Virus record (IMG/VR): IMGVR_UViG_3300030085_003750
Location: 1 to 64,000 of that record
DNA length: 64,000 bases
Strand: one strand, 5' to 3'
From: a virus
The translations under genes were made by a program, and so were the position numbers. Positions within the stretch are counted from its first letter, which is position 1; every line of letters begins with the position of its first letter. Positions 8,816 through 17,733 of this stretch are shown here, in pieces. A model generated the notes under the pieces. That model was not told where the DNA came from, made no database searches, and was given only the letters and a program-made list of their open reading frames with translations.

Positions 8816-9327
8816 AAAATTGGAAGGTATTAAAGTTAGATAGTTCATACCGCCCTATCCAAGTTATCGACTGGACTGAAGCGTTCAATATGGTTTTCTC
8901 TGGGCGAGCAAATGTTGTCGAATACAAACAAGACTGTTTCGTACATTCAGTAAGTGAAAAGTTTCAAGTTCCTTCCGTAATAGCAATTAATAGATATGTT
9001 AAAAAAGCAAGAGTCAATCTTAGAGTTACAAGAAAAAATCTTTTTCTAAGAGACAATTATATTTGTCAGTATTGTGACAAAAGATTTACAAAGGGTGAAC
9101 TCACCATTGACCACGTAACTCCTAAATCAGCAGGTGGTCCGAAGACATGGGAAAACATCGTCACTGCTTGTAGGAAGTGTAATCAGAAGAAAGCAGATAA
9201 ACTTCCGAGAGAAGCAAACATGTTTCCAACGAACCCGCCAAGGACACCATCGGCAAAGATGTTTGTTAACATAGTTCAAAATGTTGATGAGTGTTGGAAG
9301 AAATATATAGAACCTTATTCTTATTGA
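8812..9327 (+). CDS. HNH endonuclease (McrA-like, zinc-binding)
   Basis: VLKLDSSYRPI N-terminus; RDNYICQYC...LTIDHVTPKSAGG..TWENIVTACRKCNQKK. Confidence 0.9.
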   Translation: MKNWKVLKLDSSYRPIQVIDWTEAFNMVFSGRANVVEYKQDCFVHSVSEKFQVPSVIAINRYVKKARVNLRVTRKNLFLRDNYICQYCDKRFTKGELTIDHVTPKSAGGPKTWENIVTACRKCNQKKADKLPREANMFPTNPPRTPSAKMFVNIVQNVDECWKKYIEPYSY

Positions 9328-10211
9328 TTTACTTTCTTATAATCGAAAATAACTGCTTCACCACGTTTAATTGCAGCAAGTGCCTCTAGAAGCGTATTTC
9401 TCACTTGCTCAAGTGTGGCACTATAACTGACAGGACTGTTACACTGTCCTGTGATTAAATTACAGTATCTTGAATCAATGGAGTGGACCATACCGACAAT
9501 CTCTCCATTTTTATTAACAATTGGAGAACCACTCGAACCAGGAGCAGCACTTAAATTATACATGGAAAACAATCGACCTGTTTTGTCAGTTTTAATTATA
9601 AATTCTCCGTTGTATAATCCTTCTGTAAAAAACACTCCACCACCCGTTGCGCTTGGATTATAAATTCCTTTCGGTGCTGCAATGTTGTATACTTTATCTC
9701 CGTATTGCGGCGCAGCACCTACTTCCAAGATTGGAGCGTTAATAGAGGTTTCTACGATGCAGGTATCTGCTGACACGTTTCTAACCCAGGGAAATTCTTT
9801 AACTTTAAATTTTTTTCCATAAGCATTAACGACTAGCATACTTGGTTTTGTTATAACTTTAACTTTTCCTTTGAACTTTAAGTTATTTTTTATATGTGAA
9901 TAAACTTTTCTATCAAAATCTTCTAAAGAATATTTTTCATTTTCACAAATGTGGTCTGCCGTAAGAACAAGAGTCCTTGGCGTTTTACCTGGTAGGTACT
10001 CGTTCCATACAACAGCACCAGAACCTGTTGATTTCATATTTAACAGTTCTTTACACTCATTTGTATTTTCAGTGGTCTCGCCACAAACTTCAATCTTTAC
10101 TGACTTATTAATTTGAACAAAAGAATTTTTTATTGACGTTGGGTGTTTCGTTAAAGTGGTACAACCTCCGACAAGTCCAATAAGCATAAGCAAAAAAAGT
10201 TTTCTTATCAT
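9321..10211 (-). CDS. Trypsin-like (S1) serine protease, probable lipoprotein
   Basis: VLTADHIC (His), ADTC (Asp), AAPGSSGSPI (Ser). N-terminal hydrophobic stretch ending LVGGC. Minus-strand RBS AGGAGG at 10221-10226. Confidence 0.85.
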   Translation of the reverse strand: MIRKLFLLMLIGLVGGCTTLTKHPTSIKNSFVQINKSVKIEVCGETTENTNECKELLNMKSTGSGAVVWNEYLPGKTPRTLVLTADHICENEKYSLEDFDRKVYSHIKNNLKFKGKVKVITKPSMLVVNAYGKKFKVKEFPWVRNVSADTCIVETSINAPILEVGAAPQYGDKVYNIAAPKGIYNPSATGGGVFFTEGLYNGEFIIKTDKTGRLFSMYNLSAAPGSSGSPIVNKNGEIVGMVHSIDSRYCNLITGQCNSPVSYSATLEQVRNTLLEALAAIKRGEAVIFDYKKVNQ

Positions 10212-10240
10212 AAAGGTTGCCCTCCTGTGTGCTCTATAAA

Positions 10241-10281
10241 TAAATAGGGGAAAAAGAATAAAAAGGTAAAAGACCTATTTA
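10241..10281. promoter_or_regulatory. Divergent pair of putative late-promoter motifs (CTATTTA on - strand at 10241-10247, on + strand at 10275-10281)
   Basis: One copy points to the protease gene and one to phoH, within an 89-bp divergent gap. Confidence 0.5.
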
Positions 10282-10300
10282 TTGGTAAGAAAGGAACAAT

Positions 10301-11638
10301 ATGTCGAAGAAAATTTTTGTTATTGACACAAGTGTTTATCTTACAGATTTCTCATCTTTAAAAGCATTCGAGGACAATGATATTATCATCCCTTTTAAAG
10401 TTTTAGAAGAAATTGATAAGCACAAAAAACGACAAGACTCAGTAGGGTCTAATGCCAGAAATATTATAAGAACACTGGATGAACTTAGGGAGATTGGTTC
10501 TCTTCACGAGGGTGTCTCAATGGGCGATGGATTTGGAACGGTAACTGCCCGAGGTTATGATGCAGAATTAATTCCTATTGATTGGGACAAGAAAGACCCA
10601 GATAATCAGATTATTGCAACTGCGCTTACAATAAAAAAAGAAACACCAGATACCAAGGTTATATTGGTGTCTCGTGACATAAACCTTCGAGTGAAATGTG
10701 ACTCAATAGGTTTGGAAACAGCAGACTATCAAGCAAGTCAAATTATAGAGTCACTCGACGAAATTTATTCTGGATATACAGATTTTGTTATGAGGGATAA
10801 GGATATTGATGATTTTTATTTAGGTGAAAACATTTACGCACCAATGCCAGAAGAGGATGAGGTTCCTTTAAACGGAAATGAATTTCTTGTAATGACTTCT
10901 GAGATAAATGAAAAGAAGACCGCACTTGCAAGATTCAAGAATTATAACACACCGCTTTTAAAAATTCCAAACAAAAGGGTAGTATGGGGTATAAAACCTC
11001 GAAACAAGGAGCAGACCTATGCTCTTGACCTTCTAATGGACCCTTCTATATCACTCATAACACTGGTTGGTAAAGCAGGTTCAGGTAAAACTTTGTGTGC
11101 AATTGCAGCAGGTCTTCAGCAAACACTTGATGACCATAGTATGAGTACTCAGAAATCCATCTACACAAGACTTATTGTCTCCCGCCCAGTGGAACCACTT
11201 GGAAAAGACATTGGTTTCTTACCAGGGACAATGGAAGAAAAGATGGAACCTTGGTTAAAACCAATTCAAGACAATCTTAAATTTCTAATGGTAGATGATT
11301 CAGTTACGCTTCAAGAGTATATGGAGATGGGAAAGATTGAGGTTGAGGCATTAACCTATATCCGTGGACGTTCAATATCAAATGCCTTTATTATTATTGA
11401 TGAAGCACAGAACCTAACAAAGCATGAACTTAAAACTATCGTAACCCGAGTTGGGGAAGGAACCAAACTTATTCTTACTGGCGATGTTGAACAAATTGAT
11501 AATATTTATATCGACGAGAGAACCAACGGTTTGACTTATGCCGTTGAAAAGATGAAGGAGCACGAAATTACAGGGCACGTCACTTTAAAGAAAGGCGAGC
11601 GTTCTGCTATAGCAACATTAGGTGCTAAAATTTTATAA
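10301..11638 (+). CDS. phoH: PIN-domain PhoH-family ATPase (PhoH2/YlaK type)
   Basis: PIN: VIDTSV...VLEEIDKHK...DNQII...LVSRDINLRVK. PhoH: GKAGSGKT, SRP, IGFLPG, RGRS, IIDEAQN, GDVEQID. Confidence 0.9.
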   Translation: MSKKIFVIDTSVYLTDFSSLKAFEDNDIIIPFKVLEEIDKHKKRQDSVGSNARNIIRTLDELREIGSLHEGVSMGDGFGTVTARGYDAELIPIDWDKKDPDNQIIATALTIKKETPDTKVILVSRDINLRVKCDSIGLETADYQASQIIESLDEIYSGYTDFVMRDKDIDDFYLGENIYAPMPEEDEVPLNGNEFLVMTSEINEKKTALARFKNYNTPLLKIPNKRVVWGIKPRNKEQTYALDLLMDPSISLITLVGKAGSGKTLCAIAAGLQQTLDDHSMSTQKSIYTRLIVSRPVEPLGKDIGFLPGTMEEKMEPWLKPIQDNLKFLMVDDSVTLQEYMEMGKIEVEALTYIRGRSISNAFIIIDEAQNLTKHELKTIVTRVGEGTKLILTGDVEQIDNIYIDERTNGLTYAVEKMKEHEITGHVTLKKGERSAIATLGAKIL

Positions 11639-11644
11639 TTTCTG

Positions 11645-11653
11645 TGCTATTAT
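11645..11653 (+). promoter_or_regulatory. Possible extended -10 promoter (TGcTATTAT) for a leaderless mRNA
   Basis: TGn + TATTAT ends 7 nt before ATG 11660, and no SD precedes that ATG. Confidence 0.35.
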
Positions 11654-11659
11654 AAATCT

Positions 11660-12337
11660 ATGAAAAAATATATTACAAAATCACATAAAAGTATCATGAG
11701 AGAGAGAAAAGAATTTACTATCTTTGGTACAATTAACGTCTTTGTCAAAGACTCATTACCTCAAGAAATAAATTTAACAAATACTATCATGGAACTTGAA
11801 GACACAATACCTCAACATTTATTTCATGACATTGACATGATAATAATAGGTCAATTTAATGAATTGAACAGTCGAGGAATCCGTGCCGCTTACATGGACG
11901 GCGCTGTCTATGCGACGAATGAACAACCTTCTGAAGAACAATTATTTGAGGACATTATACACGAGATTGCTCACGCAGTTGAAAAGTCATATGAATATGA
12001 TATTTATGGAGATGATTCCGTCGAAAAGGAATATCTCGGTAAGAAAAAAAGATTTTTAGACTTACTTCAAGCGAATGGAATAAGAGTTCCTAATAGAATA
12101 AGATATGAAACAGAATACTCTAAACTATTTGATGAATTTTTGTTTTATGAAATAGGGTACGATAAGGTTGCACCGTTTAGTCAAGGATTGTTTTTATCTC
12201 CTTATGCCTCGGTGTCGGTATCTGAATATTTCGCTACTGCTTTTGAAAGATATTTTGTTCAGTCTGATGCCTACGTTAAGGAAATTTGCCCACAACTATT
12301 TAATAAGTTAAAAGAAATTTCTGAGATAGGAGATTAG
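11660..12337 (+). CDS. Putative zincin-like metallopeptidase
   Basis: IIHEIAHAVE (HExxH) plus downstream YASVSVSEYFATAF supplying a likely third Glu ligand. Confidence 0.6.
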   Translation: MKKYITKSHKSIMRERKEFTIFGTINVFVKDSLPQEINLTNTIMELEDTIPQHLFHDIDMIIIGQFNELNSRGIRAAYMDGAVYATNEQPSEEQLFEDIIHEIAHAVEKSYEYDIYGDDSVEKEYLGKKKRFLDLLQANGIRVPNRIRYETEYSKLFDEFLFYEIGYDKVAPFSQGLFLSPYASVSVSEYFATAFERYFVQSDAYVKEICPQLFNKLKEISEIGD

Positions 12338-12338
12338 T

Positions 12339-12692
12339 ATGAAAAAGAAGTTTATTTTAAAACTTGATATTATTGAAAATAAGAAAAAGATTTTCGCACA
12401 TATTAACAAAAAGTCAGGTGTAGTAGTTACTGAGAAAGAAGTCAGAAAAGAACTTGTTAAAAATAATATAACCGCAGGTGAAGTGAAATCAAAGACTGAA
12501 AACCTTTTTGTTTTTGACTTGATTAGAGAAGATTTAAATATGGTTGATTTAACAGAAAGTTATGGTGCATCTGAACTTCCAGTGTATAACCCTGAGTCAG
12601 AAGAAAAACCAAAACCTGTCCGTAAAACAACTACAAGAAAACCTAGAACAAGAAGAAAAACTACTACAACAAAGAAACAAACAGAAAATTAA
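12339..12692 (+). CDS. Hypothetical protein with Lys/Arg/Thr-rich basic tail
   Basis: 117-aa ORF, AGGAG RBS, C-terminal RKTTTRKPRTRRKTTTTKK. Confidence 0.65.
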   Translation: MKKKFILKLDIIENKKKIFAHINKKSGVVVTEKEVRKELVKNNITAGEVKSKTENLFVFDLIREDLNMVDLTESYGASELPVYNPESEEKPKPVRKTTTRKPRTRRKTTTTKKQTEN

Positions 12693-12695
12693 TAC

Positions 12696-12724
12696 TTGAC
12701 TAAATCTACTTTTTATGTCATAAT
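12696..12724 (+). promoter_or_regulatory. Sigma70-type promoter TTGACT-N17-CATAAT with TG extension
   Basis: -35 at 12696-12701, TG at 12716-12717, -10 at 12719-12724, upstream of the nuclease/glycosyltransferase/sigma operon. Confidence 0.6.
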
Positions 12725-12755
12725 GTGATTGTAACATAGAGGTAGAGGTTCAATT

Positions 12756-13532
12756 ATGTCTCAACACATTTCGTTTTCTGCATTGAAGAATTGGAATCAA
12801 TGCCCATATTACTACAAACTAACTTATGTCGATAAGATAAAAGGTTTTGTAGGAAATCATTATACTGCATTTGGAACAGCACTTCACGAAGTTTGTGAAA
12901 CTAAGGCAGAGAATCCTGCTTTTGATGACGAGCAAAACTTATTTGAGACTGCTTTCTTACGAGAACTAAAAAGTCTTCCTGAAGATGTTCGCAAAGATAT
13001 TAAATTAAAAGATGTAGAACAAATGCGTGAACAAGGTAAGAAGTTATCTGTTATCGCTGTTCCTGCGCTTACCTCTCACTTTGGCGAGTTTGAAGTTGTA
13101 TCAACAGAAGAGGATTTATATGAGTCCATTGAAAATTTTGAGGACTACAACTTCAAAGGATTTATTGACTTAGTAATAAAGACACCTGATAACAAATATC
13201 ATGTTATCGACTGGAAGACTTGCTCCTGGGGATGGAATACGCAAAAGAAATCTGACCCAATGACAACTTACCAATTGACTTATTATAAACATTTCTATAA
13301 TCAAAAGCATGGTATTCCTCTCGAAGATATCGAGACACATTTTGCCCTCTTAAAGAGAACTGCTAAGAAAGATTTGGTAGAGATATTCAGGGTTACAAGT
13401 GGTAAGAGAAAAATCAGCAATGCAATGGATTTGCTGAACAGAGCGTTATACAACATTCAAAGCGGAAAATTTATTAAAAACAAGTTGGCATGTAGCAAGT
13501 GTGAGTTTAACAACACACCTGAATGTCCATAG
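12756..13532 (+). CDS. PD-(D/E)XK Cas4/RecB-like exonuclease
   Basis: ISFSAL...QCP, GTALHE, GFIDL, VIDWKT, QLTYY and C-terminal CSKC-x7-C (four Cys, possible Fe-S cluster). Confidence 0.85.
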   Translation: MSQHISFSALKNWNQCPYYYKLTYVDKIKGFVGNHYTAFGTALHEVCETKAENPAFDDEQNLFETAFLRELKSLPEDVRKDIKLKDVEQMREQGKKLSVIAVPALTSHFGEFEVVSTEEDLYESIENFEDYNFKGFIDLVIKTPDNKYHVIDWKTCSWGWNTQKKSDPMTTYQLTYYKHFYNQKHGIPLEDIETHFALLKRTAKKDLVEIFRVTSGKRKISNAMDLLNRALYNIQSGKFIKNKLACSKCEFNNTPECP

Positions 13533-13540
13533 GAGAAGCA

Positions 13541-14797
13541 ATGGCAAAAAATAAAAAAATAAAAATTTTAACTTTGTCCGACCACCCGTTATTTTCTACT
13601 GGTGTTGCAATACAAACAAAAATGTTTATTGAGGCAATGTTAAAGACTGACAAATTTGAGTTTGTATCTCTTGCAGGTGCAATAAAACATAGGGATATGT
13701 CTCCCGTAAAGACTGAGCAATATGGAGATAAGTGGAAAATATTTCCTGTTGAGGGTTATGGAAGTCAAGAGATTGTTCGCTCAATTCTTCGTACCGAAAG
13801 ACCAGATATCATGTGGATTATGACAGACCCCAGGTACTGGAGATGGTTATGGAAAATCGAAGATGAAGTTCGAGCACAAGTACCTATTTGTTACTATCAC
13901 GTATGGGATAATGGACCTGCACCGAAATATAATAAAAAGTTTTATGACTCAAATGACTTGATTGTTTCCATTTCCAAATTGACAGAGGAAATGGTTAACG
14001 AGGTTGGAACAACGGCAAAACATATCCGCATTCCTCATACTATTGATGAGAGTGTTTATAAAATATTACCAGATGAAGAAGTAGCACAGTTTCGTAAAGA
14101 GCACTTTGGAGATGATGATAAAGTTATTTTCTTTTGGAATAATAGAAACACTCAGAGAAAGAATGCAACAACTCTCATGTGGTGGTTCAAAGAATTTTTA
14201 GACGAAGTTGGGCATGATAAAGCAGCATTGCTTATGCATACTAATCCAGAAGAACAGACAGGTTCAAATTTGCAAGAGAGTGTTACAGAACTTGGATTAG
14301 ACAATGGTGAGGTCATGCTTTCACCTTTAAAATATGAATCAGAAAAGATGGCAATGCTCTACAACTCAACTGATTGCACTATCAATATTTCAGATGCAGA
14401 AGGTTTTGGATTATCTACATTAGAATCTCTTGCTTGTGGGACACCCATTATTGTGTGTAAGACAGGTGGATTACAGGAGCAGATAACTGATGGAGAACAA
14501 ACTTTTGGCATTGGCATTGAACCAAGCACGAGAACAATCATCGGTTCACAGCAAGTTCCTTACATTTATCAGGATAGGATAAGTAAAGAAGATTTTATTG
14601 AAGCATTAAAGAAATTCTGTTCTCTATCGAAAGAAGACAGGGTAAAACTTGGGCAACTTGGTTATAATCATGTTGTGAAAAACTATAGCAGTAAAAACTT
14701 TTCTGAACAGTGGGAAAAGGCGCTTATTAGACTTCATAAAACAGCGGGTTCTTGGAAAAATAGAAAGCATCAAAACTGGGAGATTATTGAATTATGA
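13541..14797 (+). CDS. GT-B glycosyltransferase, family 4
   Basis: SDHPLFSTGV N-terminus; NRNTQRKN; EGFGLSTLESLACGTPII..KTGGLQE. Start moved to ATG 13541, which follows the AGGAG RBS. Confidence 0.85.
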   Translation: MAKNKKIKILTLSDHPLFSTGVAIQTKMFIEAMLKTDKFEFVSLAGAIKHRDMSPVKTEQYGDKWKIFPVEGYGSQEIVRSILRTERPDIMWIMTDPRYWRWLWKIEDEVRAQVPICYYHVWDNGPAPKYNKKFYDSNDLIVSISKLTEEMVNEVGTTAKHIRIPHTIDESVYKILPDEEVAQFRKEHFGDDDKVIFFWNNRNTQRKNATTLMWWFKEFLDEVGHDKAALLMHTNPEEQTGSNLQESVTELGLDNGEVMLSPLKYESEKMAMLYNSTDCTINISDAEGFGLSTLESLACGTPIIVCKTGGLQEQITDGEQTFGIGIEPSTRTIIGSQQVPYIYQDRISKEDFIEALKKFCSLSKEDRVKLGQLGYNHVVKNYSSKNFSEQWEKALIRLHKTAGSWKNRKHQNWEIIEL

Positions 14798-15963
14798 GTA
14801 AAAGAAAGATTCTTGTAAGAGGTCCAGCGCTGTCTCGTTCTGGATACGGAGAACATTGCCGTTCTGTTCTTAGAGCACTTCGTTCTGATGATAGAAATGA
14901 AGTTTATCTTCTTAATGTAGGTTGGGGTCACTCTGGGTGGATTGCAGAAGATACGGAGGAACGTGAGTGGATTGACAACACTATAATGAACACTGCAAGA
15001 GCAGTTCAATCTGGCGTCCGTGATTTTGTAACTTCAATTCAAGTTCAACTTCCAAATGAGTGGCAAAAACTTTGTGAACATAATATTGGAGTGACAGCAG
15101 GTGTAGAAACTACAAAGGCACCAGAAGACTGGAGTACTGCCTGTTTGGAAATGGATAAAGTTATTGTCCCTTCTCAGCACTCAAAAGAGTGTTTTTCAGA
15201 TTCAGCACAAGAGGTCATTGAAGTTATTAACTTTCCAGCAAGAAAGATTAAAGCAAAAAATATTAATTTTAATTTAAGCACTAACTTCAATTTCTTAACT
15301 GTTGCTCAGTGGAATCCAAGAAAAAATTTGGAACAAACAATTTCTTCATTTATACAAGAATTTCAAAATGAAGAGGTTGGACTTATTATTAAAACTGGTA
15401 TTGTAGGCGGTTCTCATATTGATAGAGAGCAGACAAAAGAACGTCTTGATGCATTACTTGGTCATATAAAAAAGGATAGTAAGTGTAAGGTTTATCTTTT
15501 TCACGGTTCTCTGTCTGATGAAGAGATGGTATCACTTTATAAAAATAAAAATGTTTCTGCCTACATTACAACCTCACACGGTGAAGGTTTTGGACTACCC
15601 GTATTTGAGGCGGCACAACATGGTGTTCCAGTCATTGCGCCCAACTGGGGCGGTATTAGAGACTTCTCAAACGATTCTTTTGTAGAATTAGAATATGATG
15701 AAAAAGAATTAGAGGAACATCAAGTTTGGGAAGGTGTATTAGAAGCAGGTAGTAAGTGGTGTTTTCCTAAAACCACATCAGTAAGAACTCAGATGAGAGA
15801 GGTATATAACAATCTTAGTAAATATAAAAAGATTGCTAAGATTTTGCAGAACACTATAAATGAAAATTTCACTGAACAATCAGTTTATTTGTGTTATAAT
15901 AATGTTATAGATGATGTTGTAAAGACAGTAGAGACACTAGGAGATACAAATGAGACTGAGTAG
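14794..15963 (+). CDS. GT-B glycosyltransferase, family 4
   Basis: SRSGYGEH; QWNPRKN; GEGFGLPVFEAAQHGVPVIAPNWGG. Confidence 0.85.
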   Translation: MSKRKILVRGPALSRSGYGEHCRSVLRALRSDDRNEVYLLNVGWGHSGWIAEDTEEREWIDNTIMNTARAVQSGVRDFVTSIQVQLPNEWQKLCEHNIGVTAGVETTKAPEDWSTACLEMDKVIVPSQHSKECFSDSAQEVIEVINFPARKIKAKNINFNLSTNFNFLTVAQWNPRKNLEQTISSFIQEFQNEEVGLIIKTGIVGGSHIDREQTKERLDALLGHIKKDSKCKVYLFHGSLSDEEMVSLYKNKNVSAYITTSHGEGFGLPVFEAAQHGVPVIAPNWGGIRDFSNDSFVELEYDEKELEEHQVWEGVLEAGSKWCFPKTTSVRTQMREVYNNLSKYKKIAKILQNTINENFTEQSVYLCYNNVIDDVVKTVETLGDTNETE

Positions 15964-16159
15964 TCAAGCAATGAGTGCAATTATGTTAGCACTACAAAAA
16001 AGTTTATTAGAACAAACAGACATCGTTCCTGTATTAGAATCTTTTGAATTTACTAAAGATGAAAATACAAAGCGTTGGGGAACCAAGAACGGTGAATTAG
16101 TTGTAACCAATCCACCTACATTTAACATCGAAGATGTATTAACTCAACAAGAAGACTAA
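15950..16159 (+). CDS. Small hypothetical protein
   Basis: 69-aa ORF with AGGAG RBS, overlapping the upstream gene. Confidence 0.6.
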   Translation: MRLSSQAMSAIMLALQKSLLEQTDIVPVLESFEFTKDENTKRWGTKNGELVVTNPPTFNIEDVLTQQED

Positions 16160-16161
16160 TA

Positions 16162-16419
16162 ATGCCTCGTTACTCCTACAAATGCTTGCACTGTGAAACT
16201 ACCTTCCAAACCTTTCATGGAATGAACGAGGTAGTGGAGCAGTGCGACGTTTGTGGTTGTGATGACCCCAAGAAACTCAAAAGAGTTTATGATAAAATAA
16301 ATGTAAAGGTGAAACAGAACAAGCAGACCACTGCTGGTGAGCGAGTAAAAGAATTTATTGAAACCTCACGAGAAGTTCTAGAGCAGCAAAAGGAAGAGGC
16401 AAGAAAAGAGAATGATTGA
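16162..16419 (+). CDS. FmdB-family zinc-ribbon protein
   Basis: MPRYSYKCLHC...F...CDVCG pattern. Confidence 0.8.
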   Translation: MPRYSYKCLHCETTFQTFHGMNEVVEQCDVCGCDDPKKLKRVYDKINVKVKQNKQTTAGERVKEFIETSREVLEQQKEEARKEND

Positions 16420-16708
16420 GCAAATTATTATTTATTTTTTATTTCCCGTCACTCTTATTGCCTGCGGTCTCTTGGTTTGGTATATTAGAAGAATACTTTC
16501 TATTATGGAGGAGCAATCTCTTGAGATGAATGAGAGGTTTTCTGTTTTCCACACCTTTCTTGAAGAAACCTATAACTCGGACCTGTTTTATGGCGAACCT
16601 CGACTTAAAGAGTTACTAGAACTTATCAAAGATTTCCACGAGTGGACAGAGGAATTCCAAAACAGAGTAATAGCAGAAAATAATGACAGAACAGAAGAAA
16701 CCAATTAG
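16412..16708 (+). CDS. Hypothetical membrane-anchored protein
   Basis: Single N-terminal hydrophobic helix (IIIYFLFPVTLIACGLLVWYI). Confidence 0.6.
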   Translation: MIEQIIIYFLFPVTLIACGLLVWYIRRILSIMEEQSLEMNERFSVFHTFLEETYNSDLFYGEPRLKELLELIKDFHEWTEEFQNRVIAENNDRTEETN

Positions 16709-17441
16709 AAGAAGACGTAAGAGAACTAAAAGACTTTATTTTACAGAAGTTCATGAGCAGGCAATTATTGAGTATTGCTCTTCTCACGATAGGAAGAAAA
16801 GAGAAGAACTTTATAGAGGTCTTATCCAACCAGCGATGAACGAGATGGTTGATAAAATTGTCTTCACTTACAAATTCACGACACTTCCGAACATTGATGA
16901 ATTGCGAGATGAGTGTAAGATTTGGCTTACAACTATTTTAGAAAAGTTTGACCCTTCAAAAGGTTCAAAAGCATTTTCCTATTTCTCTGTTATTACAAAG
17001 AACTGGTTTATTCACAAAGTAAAAAAGCACTCTCAACAAAGACAAAGAGAAATTCAGTACGATTATATTCCTCGAACTATTGAGGAAAGATATCTTTCAA
17101 CTGAGAATCCATATGAAGATGTTATGGAACAAAAACAATTTTGGAATGCCCTATGGTCTGAAATTGAGAAGTGGGGTGAGATGCCAATGAAACCTACAGA
17201 AGAGAGGGTTTACAAGGCAGTCAAGATTCTAATGGAGCAACCTGACGATATTGAAATTTTTAATAAGAAGGCTATTTACCTTTACTTGAGAGAACTTACG
17301 GGACTCAACACAAAACAGGTTGTAAACAACCTAAACAAACTTCGAGTAAAATATCGTTCTTTCAAGTCTGACTGGGATGAGGGCAGGATAACCCACATTG
17401 AGGAAAGGCAAAATGGCAAAAAAGAAGAACCAGAATCTTGA
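16683..17441 (+). CDS. Phage sigma factor, T4 gp55-like (late transcription)
   Basis: KFDPSKGSKAFSYFSVITKNWFI resembles sigma region 2.3/2.4 (FDPxK...F.YF); LYFT N-terminal motif; truncated size (252 aa). Confidence 0.7.
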   Translation: MTEQKKPIRRRRKRTKRLYFTEVHEQAIIEYCSSHDRKKREELYRGLIQPAMNEMVDKIVFTYKFTTLPNIDELRDECKIWLTTILEKFDPSKGSKAFSYFSVITKNWFIHKVKKHSQQRQREIQYDYIPRTIEERYLSTENPYEDVMEQKQFWNALWSEIEKWGEMPMKPTEERVYKAVKILMEQPDDIEIFNKKAIYLYLRELTGLNTKQVVNNLNKLRVKYRSFKSDWDEGRITHIEERQNGKKEEPES

Positions 17442-17733
17442 AGAATTTATCGGAGAAGCAATAGAGAATATTCGCTCCGATAGAGCAATCACCTCCCACC
17501 TATTAACAGAATTAGTCCAAGAAATGAACAAACAAAATGGACTGTCTACCATTCAGCAGTGCGGTCTTATCGCATCCAAATATGTTGAAACACTCCAAAG
17601 GTCAAATGAACAAATAGTCAAACTTGCTGCTCTTCTTCAAAAGAAAGAGAACAAGCAGCAAGGTCTTACTGCTTCCGAGAAGGATGAGATTTATGACCTC
17701 CTAAACTCTGAGGCGAAAGAAGAAGATGGCTGA
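17413..17733 (+). CDS. Helical hypothetical protein
   Basis: ATG 17413 follows AGGAAAGG; amphipathic helices; function unknown. Confidence 0.65.
   Translation: MAKKKNQNLEEFIGEAIENIRSDRAITSHLLTELVQEMNKQNGLSTIQQCGLIASKYVETLQRSNEQIVKLAALLQKKENKQQGLTASEKDEIYDLLNSEAKEEDG

Noticed and set aside
8812-9327. HNH gene as a mobile homing endonuclease or intron ORF
   Set aside because: It is free-standing, of the McrA-like type, coupled to the upstream gene, and does not interrupt any gene.
10235-10242. Exact T4 late promoter TATAAATA on the + strand
   Set aside because: I saw it only once in an intergenic region. It overlaps the minus-strand CTATTTA motif, and other late genes use CTA(T/A)TTA instead.
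17413-17733. Possible terminase small subunit
   Set aside because: Helical and of suitable size, but no diagnostic motif and far from terL; left as hypothetical.
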